Assembly (NCBI GenBank): GCA_016297005.1
Contig: JAEDHK010000007.1
Coordinates: forward strand, 27,465 to 91,464
From: Clostridia bacterium
GTDB taxonomy: Bacteria > Bacillota > Clostridia > Christensenellales > DTU072
Direction of reading: 5' to 3'
Length of the DNA: 64,000 nt
Shown here: in pieces, positions 24,900 through 39,076 of the stretch
How positions within the stretch are numbered: position 1 is the stretch's first letter
Layout: each line of letters opens with the position of its first letter
Notes under the pieces: generated by a model
The model's database searches: none
Seen by the model: only the letters and a program-made list of their open reading frames with translations
Told to the model about the DNA's origin: nothing
Translations under genes and position numbers: made by a program

Positions 24900-26065
24900 C
24901 GATACAGTTTTCTGATCTCCTCTGCTTTATCGGTTTGTTCCCATGCGTAGGTCGGATCCCCGAAGTGTCCGTACGCAGCCGTAGGAGCGTATTGCGGGCG
25001 ATTGAGTTTTAGTCCGCGAATAATGGCAAGCGGCCGGAAGTCGAAAACTTTTTTTACAATTTCCGTGATCTTCTCGTCCGAAACGACGCCCGTACCTTCC
25101 GTTCTTACGTCAATACTGACCGGCGTAGCCCGCCCGATGGCATAGGCCACCTGTATCTTGCATCGGTCGCAAATACCGGAGGCGACGAGGTTCTTTGCTA
25201 CGTATCGCGCGTAATAGGTGGCGCTTCTGTCGACCTTGGTAGGATCTTTGCCGCTGAAACTGCCGCCGCCGTGCGCAACAAATCCGCCATAGGTATCGAC
25301 GATGATCTTTCTTCCGGTCAAACCGCTGTCGCCGGCAGGTCCGCCGATAACAAATCGTCCGGTCGGATTAATGAATACTTTCGTATTTTCGTCGATATAT
25401 TCTCCCGCAACGGGATTAATTACGTTTTCTTTAACGTCGGCCGTCAATTTTTCCAAAGTCACGCTTTCGTCGTGCTGTGTTGAAAGAACAACGGTATCAA
25501 CGCGGACGATGTTGCCCTTTTCATCGTATTCCACCGTCACTTGAGCTTTTCCGTCCGGACGGAGATAGGGCAAAAGCCCGATCTTCCTTACCTGTGCCAG
25601 TCTTTTACAAATCTTATGACTGAGAGTAATGGCGAGAGGCATTTTTTCTTCCGTTTCGTTACCGGCATAGCCGAACATAAGCCCTTGGTCCCCGGCGCCC
25701 ATACGGTCGTATTCTTCGTTGGTATCGGCGTACTCCATACTGTCGTTGACACCCTGGGCGATATCAGCGGATTGTACGTTCATACGAACTTCGATCTTAA
25801 CGGTATCGGCATCGAAACCGATCCCCTTTTCCGTATAACCGATCTCACGGATCTTGTCGCGCGCGATCTTATCAAAGTCCACCTCCGCGTTCGCGGCGAC
25901 CTCGCCCATAATAAGCAAAAAGTCTCTCGTACAACAACACTCGCATGCAACGTGCGCGTTAGGATCCTGCGCTAATATAGCGTCCAGAACAGCGTCAGCT
26001 ATTTGGTCGCACACTTTGTCCGGATGCCCTTCCGTTACGCTTTCCGATGTAAAAAATCTGTTCAT
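24896..26065 (-). CDS. metK: S-adenosylmethionine synthetase
   Basis: [39 protein letters not shown]. Confidence 0.95.
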   Translation of the reverse strand: MNRFFTSESVTEGHPDKVCDQIADAVLDAILAQDPNAHVACECCCTRDFLLIMGEVAANAEVDFDKIARDKIREIGYTEKGIGFDADTVKIEVRMNVQSADIAQGVNDSMEYADTNEEYDRMGAGDQGLMFGYAGNETEEKMPLAITLSHKICKRLAQVRKIGLLPYLRPDGKAQVTVEYDEKGNIVRVDTVVLSTQHDESVTLEKLTADVKENVINPVAGEYIDENTKVFINPTGRFVIGGPAGDSGLTGRKIIVDTYGGFVAHGGGSFSGKDPTKVDRSATYYARYVAKNLVASGICDRCKIQVAYAIGRATPVSIDVRTEGTGVVSDEKITEIVKKVFDFRPLAIIRGLKLNRPQYAPTAAYGHFGDPTYAWEQTDKAEEIRKLYR

Positions 26066-26086
26066 AAATTTTCCTCTGTTTAAATT

Positions 26087-26123
26087 AAAAGGGTCCTGAA
26101 ATTAAAATTTCGGGGACCCTTTT
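26087..26123. terminator. Long hairpin between rpoC and metK
   Basis: AAAAGGGTCC...GGACCCTTTT with an inner GAAAT/ATTTC pairing. A/T runs lie on both sides. Confidence 0.55.
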
Positions 26124-26135
26124 ACTGTTTTTTGA

Positions 26136-29804
<3,669 letters not shown>

Positions 29805-29816
29805 ATTTCACCTCAA

Positions 29817-32800
29817 TTAATTCTCATCGTCGTCGAAGCTGCCGTTAAAGGCGCTGTCGTCGACACCGATCACACCCATTTCTTTCAGGATGTCTTCCGC
29901 TTTTTCGTCTTCGGCGTCTTCGTCCGCGTCGGTATCGAGACCCTCTTCGGACTCGCTGAAACCGAGCAGATCGTCAAGGTCGTTGCCGTCGACGCCGGAA
30001 ACGGGAGCGTCGCCGCCCAGAATATCGTCCAGACCTCCCAATCCGTCGGTGTAGGTATCGTCGTCGTCATAGAGCGAGTCTTTGGCCGGATCCATACCGC
30101 CGGCGCCCAATTGAGCCGGGCTGAAACCGAGGTCTTCCAAAGAGATCTCTTTGGAATCATCCTTATCCGCACGGATCGGACGCGCCGCGTCGTGTTCGTC
30201 TTCGAACGTCTCGGGCAACGTGATCTCTTCGTTGTCATCGCTATAAAGCTTGACTTCCAGCCCGAGAGCCTGAATTTCTTTTTTCAGAACCTTAAAGGCT
30301 TCCGGAATTCCCGGTTCGGCCGCAACGGAAGACTTGATAATGGAATCGAAAACTTTCTGACGACCCATGATGTCGTCCGACTTGACTGTCAGGATCTCTT
30401 GGAGAATGTGGCTTGCGCCGTACGCTTCCAAAGCCCAGACTTCCATTTCGCCGAAACGTTGTCCGCCGAATTGCGCTTTACCGCCGAGAGGCTGTTGCGT
30501 AACGAGACTGTACGGACCGACGCTTCTGGCGTGGATCTTATCGTCGACAAGGTGGTTCAATTTAAGCATATACATACATCCGACGGTAACGCGGTTTTCA
30601 AACGGTTCGCCCGTTCTTCCGTCGTACAATTGTACTTTACCGTCGAGAGGCAGATTGTTCTTTTCAAACATTTCGCGGATGTCGCTTTCGTTGGCTCCGT
30701 CGAATACGGGCGTAGCGAAGTGATATCCGAAGAGTTTGGCGATCAAGCCGAGGTGAACTTCCAGAACCTGTCCAATATTCATACGAGAAGGAACGCCGAG
30801 GGGGTTCAGAACGATCTGAAGCGGGGTTCCGTCGGCCATAAACGGCATATCTTCACGAGGAAGCACGCGGGAAATAACACCCTTATTACCATGACGTCCG
30901 GCCATCTTATCGCCGACTTGGATCTTACGTTTTTGCGCAATGTAGACGCGTACTAACATGTTGACGCCCGGATCCAATTCGTCCTTGTTTTCGCGCGTAA
31001 ACTTCTTGACGTCGACGACGATACCGCTTTCGCCATGGTTGACCTTCAAAGATACGTCTCTTACTTCGCGGGACTTTTCGCCGAAAATAGCGCGGAGTAA
31101 TCTTTCTTCGGGGGTCAGCTCGGTTTCGCCTTTCGGAGTAACCTTACCGACGAGATAATCGCCGCTTCTTACTTCGGAACCAATCATAACGATACCGTCT
31201 TCGTCGAGGTTTTTAAGAAGATCGTCGCTGACGTTCGGGATGTCGCGGGTAATCAGCTCCTTGCCGAGCTTGGTATCTCTCGCTTCGATCTCGTACTCTT
31301 CGATATGAACGGTAGTAAAGACGTCTTTCTTAACCAAATCTTCGCTGATCAGAATAGCGTCTTCGTAGTTATAACCTTCCCAGGTCATGAAGCCGATCAG
31401 AATGTTACGTCCGAGAGCAAGTTCGCCTTGGTCGGTAGCCGGTCCGTCCGCAAGAACGGTACCGTGAGTAACGTAATTGATATTGCCGGCGTCGTCCGTC
31501 TCGATCACTTCTCCGACGACTCTGTCGCCGTCGTTTACGATGGGCTTCTGATTGACGCAAGTGCCCTGGTTGCTACGTTTGAACTTCAAAAGATCGTATA
31601 CGTCGATCTCTCCGTCGTCGCGTTGAACCTGGATCTGATCGGCAGTAACGCTCTTGACTACGCCGTCATGCTTTGCAATGACGCAAACGCCGCTGTCGTA
31701 AGCAACCTTGTGTTCCATACCGGTACCGACGAGAGGAGCTTCGCAACGAAGAAGCGGAACTGCCTGACGCTGCATGTTACTACCCATCAGAGCACGGTTG
31801 GCGTCATCGTTCTCAAGGAACGGGATCAGGCTGGTTGCGACCGAAACGAGCTGTTTGGGGTCGACGTCCATATAGTCTACCATGCTCACGGGATATTCTT
31901 TGATATCGTCGCGGTAACGGCAGGTAGCGCGTTTATTGATGAATCTCCCGTTTTCGTCCAGGGGTTCGTTGACCTGAGCGACGACGTACTTATCTTCGAT
32001 ATCGGCAGTCATGTAAGTTACTTCGTCGGTAACGACGCCAGTCTCTTTATCCACCCTTCTGTAAGGAGCTTCGATAAAGCCGTATTCGTTGATACGAGCG
32101 TAAGAGCTGAGCGAGGTAATAAGACCGATATTCTGACCTTCCGGCGTCTCGATCGGACACATTCTCGAATAGTGAGAATGGTGAACGTCACGAACCTCGA
32201 CGCCCGCTCTTTCACGGTTCAGACCGCCGGGGCCGAGGGCGCTGAGCTTTCTCTTATGCGTAAGTTCCGCGATCGGGTTGGGCTGATCCATAAATTGCGA
32301 CAACTGACTGCTACCGAAGAACTCGCGGATGGCGCTCGCCACGGGACGGATGTTGATCAGGGATTGAGGAGAAAGATCGGCCGGATCGGGCGCGATGCTC
32401 ATTCTCTCTTTGATGACTCTTTCCAGACGAGCGATACCAATACGGAATTGGTTATGAAGAAGTTCGCCTACCGAACGTACCCTACGATTGGAGAGGTGGT
32501 CGATATCGTCGCAGAAGTAATAGCCGTACTTCATAGAAAGGTTATAAGAAACGGTTGCCACGATATCGTCCACGGTGATGTGGTTGACGACGAGATCGGC
32601 GATGTTCGCCACGCAAGCCGCTTTTAAACCTTCCATATCTCCGGCAAACTGTTCGAGCAGCGGACGGAGAGCGGGATAATATACTTTTTGACGAATGCCG
32701 AGGGTACGGGGGTCGACGTCGATATATGCGGCAAGATCGACGGTGTTGTTACCGATGACCTTGAATTCGGGACGATCGCTGCCGTCCGGCGTCTTGATGA

Positions 32801-33785
32801 AGACGTAGTTGATACCGGCGTTCTGGATATCCTTGGCTACTTGTTCGGATATCTCTTCTCCCGCGCTGACCAGGACTTCGCCGTCTTCGTTGATAACGTC
32901 GCGAGTCGCAATCTGCTTTTCGATCCTCTCGGCGAGGCTCATCTTTTTATTGAATTTATATCTGCCGACGTGGCGTACGTCGTAACGACGCTCGTCGAAG
33001 AAAACGTTGTTGGCGAGGACGTCCACGCCGTTCTGGGTGGGCACTTCGCCCGGTTTCATCTTGCGGTAGAATTCTATTTTCGCGGCTTCTACGGTAGCGA
33101 CGTCGCCGTCTTTTTCGGCCGTTTTGACGATCATGGGATCGTTATCGAACAACTCGAAAAGATCGCTGTTACTGCCGTAACCGAGCGCACGGAGAAGCAT
33201 GGTCGCCGTCATTTTGCGATTGCGGTCCACGCGGACGGACAAAGCGCCGGTAGAGTCTTGTTCAAATTCGAGCCAGGCGCCGCGGTTGGGGATGACGGTG
33301 GTAAAATAACGCATCACGCCCGTCTTGTCGCGTTCGCCCTTGGTGTAGATACCGGGACTGCGGACGAGCTGGGATACGACGACGCGTTCGGCACCGTTGA
33401 TGATGAAGGTACCGTTTTCGGTCATCTTGGGTAGATCGCCCATAAAAATTGTGTTTTCTTTCATCTCGCCCGTTTCTTTATTGGTCAGCCTGACCTTAAC
33501 TTTCAGCGGGAAAGTGTAAGTGACGTCTCTCTCTTTGCACTCGTTGATGTCGTATTTGCAAACGCCGTCGAGAGTGTGATCCAAAAATTCCAATTCCAGC
33601 TTTCCGCTGTAATCGGTAATGGGAGAGAAGTCCTTGAAAACTTCGCCGATACCTTCTTTCAAGAAGTTGTCGTACGATTTTTTCTGCACTTCAATCAGAT
33701 AAGGCATATCGAGAATGGGCTTGATCTTACTGAACGTCCATCTTTCGGTATTGCCGCACTTAATCTTGTGAGTTCTTTGAGACAT
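29817..33785 (-). CDS. rpoB: DNA-directed RNA polymerase subunit beta with an extended acidic C-terminal tail
   Basis: Conserved RpoB blocks throughout ([22 protein letters not shown]). 1322 aa. The last ~134 aa are D/E-rich. Confidence 0.97.
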   Translation of the reverse strand: MSQRTHKIKCGNTERWTFSKIKPILDMPYLIEVQKKSYDNFLKEGIGEVFKDFSPITDYSGKLELEFLDHTLDGVCKYDINECKERDVTYTFPLKVKVRLTNKETGEMKENTIFMGDLPKMTENGTFIINGAERVVVSQLVRSPGIYTKGERDKTGVMRYFTTVIPNRGAWLEFEQDSTGALSVRVDRNRKMTATMLLRALGYGSNSDLFELFDNDPMIVKTAEKDGDVATVEAAKIEFYRKMKPGEVPTQNGVDVLANNVFFDERRYDVRHVGRYKFNKKMSLAERIEKQIATRDVINEDGEVLVSAGEEISEQVAKDIQNAGINYVFIKTPDGSDRPEFKVIGNNTVDLAAYIDVDPRTLGIRQKVYYPALRPLLEQFAGDMEGLKAACVANIADLVVNHITVDDIVATVSYNLSMKYGYYFCDDIDHLSNRRVRSVGELLHNQFRIGIARLERVIKERMSIAPDPADLSPQSLINIRPVASAIREFFGSSQLSQFMDQPNPIAELTHKRKLSALGPGGLNRERAGVEVRDVHHSHYSRMCPIETPEGQNIGLITSLSSYARINEYGFIEAPYRRVDKETGVVTDEVTYMTADIEDKYVVAQVNEPLDENGRFINKRATCRYRDDIKEYPVSMVDYMDVDPKQLVSVATSLIPFLENDDANRALMGSNMQRQAVPLLRCEAPLVGTGMEHKVAYDSGVCVIAKHDGVVKSVTADQIQVQRDDGEIDVYDLLKFKRSNQGTCVNQKPIVNDGDRVVGEVIETDDAGNINYVTHGTVLADGPATDQGELALGRNILIGFMTWEGYNYEDAILISEDLVKKDVFTTVHIEEYEIEARDTKLGKELITRDIPNVSDDLLKNLDEDGIVMIGSEVRSGDYLVGKVTPKGETELTPEERLLRAIFGEKSREVRDVSLKVNHGESGIVVDVKKFTRENKDELDPGVNMLVRVYIAQKRKIQVGDKMAGRHGNKGVISRVLPREDMPFMADGTPLQIVLNPLGVPSRMNIGQVLEVHLGLIAKLFGYHFATPVFDGANESDIREMFEKNNLPLDGKVQLYDGRTGEPFENRVTVGCMYMLKLNHLVDDKIHARSVGPYSLVTQQPLGGKAQFGGQRFGEMEVWALEAYGASHILQEILTVKSDDIMGRQKVFDSIIKSSVAAEPGIPEAFKVLKKEIQALGLEVKLYSDDNEEITLPETFEDEHDAARPIRADKDDSKEISLEDLGFSPAQLGAGGMDPAKDSLYDDDDTYTDGLGGLDDILGGDAPVSGVDGNDLDDLLGFSESEEGLDTDADEDAEDEKAEDILKEMGVIGVDDSAFNGSFDDDEN

Positions 33786-33922
33786 GCTTAACTCCTTTTA
33801 AAAAAATTCTATCCAGACGCATTTTAGAAAAAATGCAGAGTTTCTTTAAAATACCGATAGTCTCCCCTACCCTGATTTCCATGCTTTTCAGGTCAAAGGC
33901 GAAACTATTCATGATATTTATA

Positions 33923-33951
33923 CAGTCAAGAATTATAACTCGGTTTGCAAG
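33923..33951 (-). promoter_or_regulatory. rpoBC promoter TTGACT-17-TATAAT
   Basis: The minus strand reads TTGACTtaacttgcaaaccgagtTATAAT, about 130 nt upstream of the rpoB ATG. Confidence 0.55.
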
Positions 33952-34017
33952 TTAAGTCAAACGATTTTTACTATTTATTTTATTTAAATATGTAAAAAAG
34001 GGATAAAAATTTGATTA

Positions 34018-34046
34018 TTGACAAACATATAAAGCCATGCTACACT
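34018..34046 (+). promoter_or_regulatory. Promoter TTGACA-17-TACACT
   Basis: Read directly. It lies inside the 5' end of the track ORF 34011, so that ORF start cannot be real. Confidence 0.5.
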
Positions 34047-34073
34047 TTAAAAAAATACGAAGAAGGCTTAACC

Positions 34074-34709
34074 GTGGAACAAGAACAACCGAAGAAAAGC
34101 GCCCGAATAGAGTTTACGGAAGGCATGAAAGCCGCGCCGAAAGGCGAAAAAGGACGTTTTGCAGTCGAGTTTATCAAATCGCATGAGGATCTGAGACAGT
34201 TCGTGCTGTTTTCTTTGTTTTCGTTTTTATGCTTCGCCGCGGAAATGGCCTCTTTTTACTTCGTTTACTATATCTGCTCCGCGACCGGATATACCGAGCC
34301 TTTCAAGTGGTTCGTGTTCGACTATTCCGCGGCCGAAAGCGGCGGCAAGGGCGGCTTTCTCGCTTTTTTGATCTCCACGGCAATCGCACAGGCGCTTACT
34401 TTTATCCTCAATCGTAAAAAGACCTTTAAAGCAAACAATAACGTCGTGTGGGCGGCAATTATGTACTCGCTCATGGTCGTCGTTATTATCATCGCCAATA
34501 CCGCCCTTTGCGGCATCATCAAAGACGGCATTGCCGAAGCTATGTTGAAAGGGAACTGTACTCAGAGCGCGACCGATTTCGTCAGCGGTACCGTTTCTAA
34601 AATGACGGGCGGCGCGCTGGCGTGGATCATCGCCTTCCTGATGAGCAAATTCGTCATCATGAAAAAGAAAAAAGAACCGGAAGAAGGAAGTACGGAAAAT
34701 GCGGCTTGA
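34074..34709 (+). CDS. GtrA-like polytopic membrane protein
   Basis: GTG start 7 nt after GAAGAAGG. Four TM helices and an FILNRKKTFK block resembling the GtrA family. The family call is tentative. Confidence 0.45.
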   Translation: MEQEQPKKSARIEFTEGMKAAPKGEKGRFAVEFIKSHEDLRQFVLFSLFSFLCFAAEMASFYFVYYICSATGYTEPFKWFVFDYSAAESGGKGGFLAFLISTAIAQALTFILNRKKTFKANNNVVWAAIMYSLMVVVIIIANTALCGIIKDGIAEAMLKGNCTQSATDFVSGTVSKMTGGALAWIIAFLMSKFVIMKKKKEPEEGSTENAA

Positions 34710-34947
34710 TAAATATCTGAAAGTTGCGCGTATCATAAAGAGAAGAACGGTAGCGAACGAAGCCTGTTCCGGCGATCGGGTTACCGTCAACGGCAAAGAA
34801 GCGAAGCCGTCCAAAGAAGTCAAGGTCGGCGACGTCATCGGCGTAGGATTCGGCGATCGCGTCCTTACGATCCGCGTCCTTGTCGTACCCGAAGGAAACG
34901 TGGGCAAAAACGACTCCGCCATGCTCTACGAAATCGTCTATGAATAG
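34699..34947 (+). CDS. rqcP: S4-domain RNA-binding protein RqcP/YabO
   Basis: MRLDKYLKVARIIKRRT..., 82 aa, close to my recollection of B. subtilis YabO. Confidence 0.75.
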   Translation: MRLDKYLKVARIIKRRTVANEACSGDRVTVNGKEAKPSKEVKVGDVIGVGFGDRVLTIRVLVVPEGNVGKNDSAMLYEIVYE

Positions 34948-36022
34948 CTTTTTCGACGCAATAGTCGTAGCCGGCGGTCTTTCTACCCGCATGGGCTTCG
35001 ATAAATTAGCTTCTTTTTTGGGCGAAACAACGGTGCTGACCCGTGCCATCGCCCCCTTTTTATCCCTTTCTTACGTCAAAAACGTCATTGTTGTCACCGA
35101 TAATCCGCCTATAGATATGCCGGAAAAAGTAATTTTTGCCCCGGCGGGAAAAACGCGTTCATTGTCCGTTCTGTCCGGGCTCTCGAAAGCGACTGCTCCG
35201 TTTGTTATGATCCACGACGGCGCCAGACCCTTTTTGACGGAAGAATTAATCGAAAAACTTTGCGCCGACGCCGAAAAATTCGGCACGGCGATCCCTTTTA
35301 TTCCCGTTACCGATACGCTCCGCCGACAATCGGACGGCGAATACGTTTTGTGCGACAGAAGCGAGTATTTTCTTTTACAGACGCCGCAGGTCTTCCGCAC
35401 AGAAGAGCTGAAACAGGCTTATTTTCTTTCCAAAGGAAAGAGCGAAACGGACGATAGTACGGTCTATACCGCTCATATCGGCCCCTGCCACTATGCGTCC
35501 GGCGATTTTGCCAATAAAAAGATTACCCGTCCGGAAGACGTTTTTTCCGCAAACGCCCTGGTTGGGACCGGTTTCGATCTCCATAAGCTGATCCCCGGTC
35601 GACCGCTCAGATTATGCGGCGTAACCGTGCCGTATCCGCTCGGAGAAGAAGCGCACAGCGACGGCGACGCGCCTATCCATGCGTTGATGGACGCTCTTCT
35701 GACCGCCCTTTCCCTCCCCGATATAGGCCATCTCTTCCCCGATACCGACCCGGCCTATAAGGACGCCGACAGCACTCTCCTTTTAAAAGAAGTCGTCGCG
35801 CTTGTTTCTGCGCGCAATCGCGAGATCCTGTCCGTCGATCTTGCCATTCTTTTGGAAAAACCGAAAATCGCGCCCTATCTCGCCGAAATGCGCAACGTCC
35901 TTGCCCATATCCTCGGCGTTACCCCGAAAAAAATCAACATCTCCGCCACAACGACGGAAAAAATCGGTCTGATCGGCGAAAACAAGGCCGTCGCCGCCTT
36001 GGCCGTCGTCGGCATTCTATAA
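34940..36022 (+). CDS. ispDF: Bifunctional IspD/IspF (MEP cytidylyltransferase / MEcPP synthase)
   Basis: IspD VVAGGLSTRMG at the N-terminus. IspF GTGFDLHKL...HSDGDAPIHAL...ATTTEKIG at the C-terminus. Start MNSFFD overlaps the rqcP stop. Confidence 0.85.
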   Translation: MNSFFDAIVVAGGLSTRMGFDKLASFLGETTVLTRAIAPFLSLSYVKNVIVVTDNPPIDMPEKVIFAPAGKTRSLSVLSGLSKATAPFVMIHDGARPFLTEELIEKLCADAEKFGTAIPFIPVTDTLRRQSDGEYVLCDRSEYFLLQTPQVFRTEELKQAYFLSKGKSETDDSTVYTAHIGPCHYASGDFANKKITRPEDVFSANALVGTGFDLHKLIPGRPLRLCGVTVPYPLGEEAHSDGDAPIHALMDALLTALSLPDIGHLFPDTDPAYKDADSTLLLKEVVALVSARNREILSVDLAILLEKPKIAPYLAEMRNVLAHILGVTPKKINISATTTEKIGLIGENKAVAALAVVGIL

Positions 36023-36095
36023 TATAATTTCTTGAATTAAAAATCCGTTCGGTCGGAATCTGTTCGCGGAAGAATTACCCTTCCGTTAGTTTTTC

Positions 36096-36113
36096 AGGGG
36101 CCGTCCGGCCCCT
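36096..36113. terminator. Bidirectional terminator between the convergent ispDF and DUF1540 genes
   Basis: AGGGGCC-gtcc-GGCCCCT with T/A runs on both sides. Confidence 0.6.
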
Positions 36114-36114
36114 T

Positions 36115-36417
36115 TTACGGCTTCACGCGCGTCGCGCACTTTACGGAAAAAATGGTATCCGTAATCTTGATTGCCGTCGCGTGACAACGATTATCCTCAT
36201 TATAAACGCAAAGGGCGTCGCATTGTACGACGGACGGAGCGTCTTGCAAAAATTCTTCGCTCGCTTCCATTTCTTTAAAGGTCTGTTCAAGGGCGCCGCC
36301 CGGACGCTTGATACGGCTTTGGCAGTTAGTCTTTTCCGACACAGAGATCAATCCGGCGTCGCAATGACCTTTAAGATTGTGTTGGCAGTTATTACATGTG
36401 CATTTTAATTGTAGCAT
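36115..36417 (-). CDS. DUF1540 domain-containing protein
   Basis: Two Cys/His-rich half-domains (CTCNNCQHN...HCDA and CDALCVYN...CHA). Confidence 0.6.
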   Translation of the reverse strand: MLQLKCTCNNCQHNLKGHCDAGLISVSEKTNCQSRIKRPGGALEQTFKEMEASEEFLQDAPSVVQCDALCVYNEDNRCHATAIKITDTIFSVKCATRVKP

Positions 36418-36490
36418 TATACGTTTCTCCTTTATCGAAAAGTAGTATGTGAAGTTTTGTTTATCTTATGAAAAACTTTTTCGGCCCGCG

Positions 36491-36519
36491 TTGACAATGA
36501 AAAAAAAGTAGGCTATACT
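36491..36519 (+). promoter_or_regulatory. rplI promoter TTGACA-17-TATACT
   Basis: Read directly. The AAAGGAGG SD follows. Confidence 0.55.
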
Positions 36520-36543
36520 GATCCAAAAAGGAGGTAAGCGGCA

Positions 36544-36984
36544 ATGAAAGTTATTTTACTTACCGACGTTAAATCTTTGGGAAAAAAAGGCGATCTCGTG
36601 ACCGTCGCCGACAGCTATGCGAAAAACTTTTTGATTCCTAAAAAATTGGTTGCCGAGGCAACGAAAACAGCTCAGAACGAACGTAATCAGCGTATCGCCA
36701 GCGAAGAAAAGAAAAAGGCCGAAGAAAAAGCGGCGGCTCTCGCCATGTACGAAAAAATCAACGGTGCGTCCGTATCCGTCCATATGAAATGCAACGACGG
36801 GAGGATGTACGGCAGCGTAACGAACGCGGACGTAGCCAAGGGTCTGGCCGAACTCGGTTTCGACGTGGATAAAAAGAAAATCACTCTGCCTGCCGGCATT
36901 AAGAATCTCGGTTCTTACAGCGCCGAGGTCTGGTGCTATAAAGAAACGGTGGCAAAGATCACCCTGAACGTTATACCCGAATAA
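36544..36984 (+). CDS. rplI: 50S ribosomal protein L9
   Basis: [36 protein letters not shown]-like N-terminus. 146 aa. Confidence 0.92.
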   Translation: MKVILLTDVKSLGKKGDLVTVADSYAKNFLIPKKLVAEATKTAQNERNQRIASEEKKKAEEKAAALAMYEKINGASVSVHMKCNDGRMYGSVTNADVAKGLAELGFDVDKKKITLPAGIKNLGSYSAEVWCYKETVAKITLNVIPE

Positions 36985-37298
36985 TACGACTATTCTTCGT
37001 GCGTGCGCGCGCAGACACGTCAATATTAATTTAATAATCGCCCATAAAAAAAGCGGTTCTTTTCAATGCCGCGGCGACGAGACTCGTCGTCGTTACGGTA
37101 CGGTTGTTTTTGCCTGACGGTAAGTTATATTGCTATCGCAGCGATATTTTGCCGAGGCAATTTTTTTCGGAAAAAATATATACTGGGTATCATACGACTT
37201 AGACCATAAGTCAAAATACGTTTTTCAGAGGAAATATAAAAATATCTCTTTACTGAAAACTCTACTTAGTTCTGTTTTCTTTTTATTCACGAAATTAT

Positions 37299-37326
37299 TT
37301 GAATTGAATTTGGTTTTTGATATAAT
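37299..37326 (+). promoter_or_regulatory. Promoter TTGAAT-16-TATAAT in an AT-rich stretch upstream of the DUF5131 gene
   Basis: Read directly. A GAGGTGAT SD lies 9 nt before the ATG at 37371. Confidence 0.4.
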
Positions 37327-37370
37327 AAATCTACCGATTAACAAGAATCTGACGAGGTGATCGTAAAGCG

Positions 37371-38120
37371 ATGTGGGATCCATGGAAAGGTTGTAAAAAG
37401 TGCAGCGACGGCTGTACCTATTGCTATATCCATAAGGGAGACGCAAAACGCGGAGTCGATACGAGCAAGATTGAAAAGACAAAGGACTTTTCAAAGCCCA
37501 TAGAACGCCTGAAAAACGGCAACTACAAGATGAAGTCCGGGATGATATATACCTGTTTTTCGACCGATTTTCTGATTGAAGAGGCTGATGAATGGCGTCC
37601 CGAATGCTGGCGGATGATCAAGGAACGCGAGGATTGTACGTTTTTGTTTCTTACAAAGCGCATTGACAGATTTATGGACTGCATTCCGGGCGATTGGGGC
37701 GACGGATATGAAAACGTGGTTGTTTGTTGCACGATAGAAAACCAAAAGAACGCCGATGATAGGTTAAGAATTTTTGAAAGACTTCCGATCAGACATAAAT
37801 GTATAACGGCCCAACCGCTGATCGAAGCCGTCAATATGGAAAGATTTCTTGACGGTATTGAACTTGTGGTAGTCGGCGGCGAATCGGATACGAACGCAAG
37901 ACCCCTTGACTTTGCCTGGGTGCTGGATATCAGAGAACAATGTATCCGAAAAAACGTGGCGTTTGAATTCAGACAATGCGGAACGCATTTTATTAAAGAC
38001 GGAAAGAAATATAAATTACAGACAAGAGATCTGTGCTCTCAGGCGAAAAAAGCCGGTATTAACTTCAAGCCGGATGATGAATCGACTCGATTGACGGAGA
38101 TGATGATAAATGAATTATAA
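37371..38120 (+). CDS. DUF5131 (phage Gp37/Gp68) family protein with an N-terminal Cys cluster
   Basis: MWDPWKGCKKCSDGCTYCY is typical of PF07505. It contains CX3CX2C. It uses AGA-rich Arg codons, unlike its neighbours. Confidence 0.75.
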   Translation: MWDPWKGCKKCSDGCTYCYIHKGDAKRGVDTSKIEKTKDFSKPIERLKNGNYKMKSGMIYTCFSTDFLIEEADEWRPECWRMIKEREDCTFLFLTKRIDRFMDCIPGDWGDGYENVVVCCTIENQKNADDRLRIFERLPIRHKCITAQPLIEAVNMERFLDGIELVVVGGESDTNARPLDFAWVLDIREQCIRKNVAFEFRQCGTHFIKDGKKYKLQTRDLCSQAKKAGINFKPDDESTRLTEMMINEL

Positions 38121-38772
38121 AGTGATTGACAAAGAAAAGTATTATCGCAAAGGCGTATTCCGTCATTTTTCAGAGGATTGTAAGTGCTCAACTTCCATGA
38201 CGGCAAGAATCGACGTTACGGATTTTGTGCAATACTCTAAAAATACGGAAACTAAGTTTTATATCAACTTTCTGTATATCCTTTCTAAGGTTCTTAATTC
38301 CCGCGATGATTACAGAATGGGATATCTTTGGCAAACGGATGAGTTGATCTGTTACGACGTAATTAATCCAACGCAGTATGTTTTTCACGAGGATACGGAA
38401 ACCTGTACCCCTGTATATACAAAGTATTATGATGACTATAAAAAGTTTTATGCGGCGGCTTTGCGGGACGTTGAAGAAGCAAAGAAGACGCGGGAATACG
38501 GGTTGGATATGGCAAATCACCCTAACTGGTTTGACGCGTCGTTTATATCTTGGCTTTCTTACGACTCCCTGAATATAGAATTGCCCGATGGGTATCTGTT
38601 TTTTGCGCCGATTATCAATTGGGGAAAATACAGAGAAGAAAACGGAAGACTGGTCATGCCTGTGAGCGTGCGTCTGAACCATGCAATTGCCGACGGATAT
38701 CTGCTGGCTAACGTATTTCGCCTTTTGGATCAGGAAATCAAAGCTTTTATCGGGCAGTCGTCTATCCAATAA
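38110..38772 (+). CDS. Type-A chloramphenicol acetyltransferase (CAT) family protein
   Basis: FHEDTETCTPVYTKYYDDYKKF and FFAPIINWGKY...LVMPVSVRLNHAIADGY align to CAT blocks (FHEQTETF..., FFAPVFTMGKY...HHAVCDG). 11-nt overlap with the upstream gene. Confidence 0.8.
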   Translation: MNYKVIDKEKYYRKGVFRHFSEDCKCSTSMTARIDVTDFVQYSKNTETKFYINFLYILSKVLNSRDDYRMGYLWQTDELICYDVINPTQYVFHEDTETCTPVYTKYYDDYKKFYAAALRDVEEAKKTREYGLDMANHPNWFDASFISWLSYDSLNIELPDGYLFFAPIINWGKYREENGRLVMPVSVRLNHAIADGYLLANVFRLLDQEIKAFIGQSSIQ

Positions 38773-38970
38773 TTCGCGAGATTTTGCAAAAATTCTTTTG
38801 TTCCAATCTCTTGGTACGGTATAAACAATAAAGTCGCTCGTGAAATGGTGAATACTTTTGAGCCGTCAGAGTCCGATTTATATAACGGTTTTTATTCCAA
38901 TAAACGCACTCCCTGAGCGTAACGCGCAACGCTTAGCAAGCAGAATCAGGTGTTCTCGCAATACAAAAGT

Positions 38971-39002
38971 AAAGGATAGCGAAAAAATTTCCGCTATCCT
39001 TT
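38971..39002. terminator. 11-bp-stem hairpin terminator between the islet and the 490-aa gene
   Basis: AAAGGATAGCG-10 nt-CGCTATCCTTT, followed by a T-run. Confidence 0.55.
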
Positions 39003-39076
39003 TATGTTGTGTATAAGAGTCGTAAGGAAACGGCGCGTATCAAAGGCCGTATTCTTTTTGTCGGCTATATCGACGT

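Noticed and set aside
26066-26135. Expected SAM riboswitch upstream of metK.
   Set aside because: Only 70 nt are available, and a simple hairpin occupies them. No SAM-I-like conserved elements are present.
37130-37360. 76-aa ORF in the AT-rich stretch before DUF5131.
   Set aside because: It has a TTG start and no SD, and it lies across the predicted promoter. It is probably non-coding.
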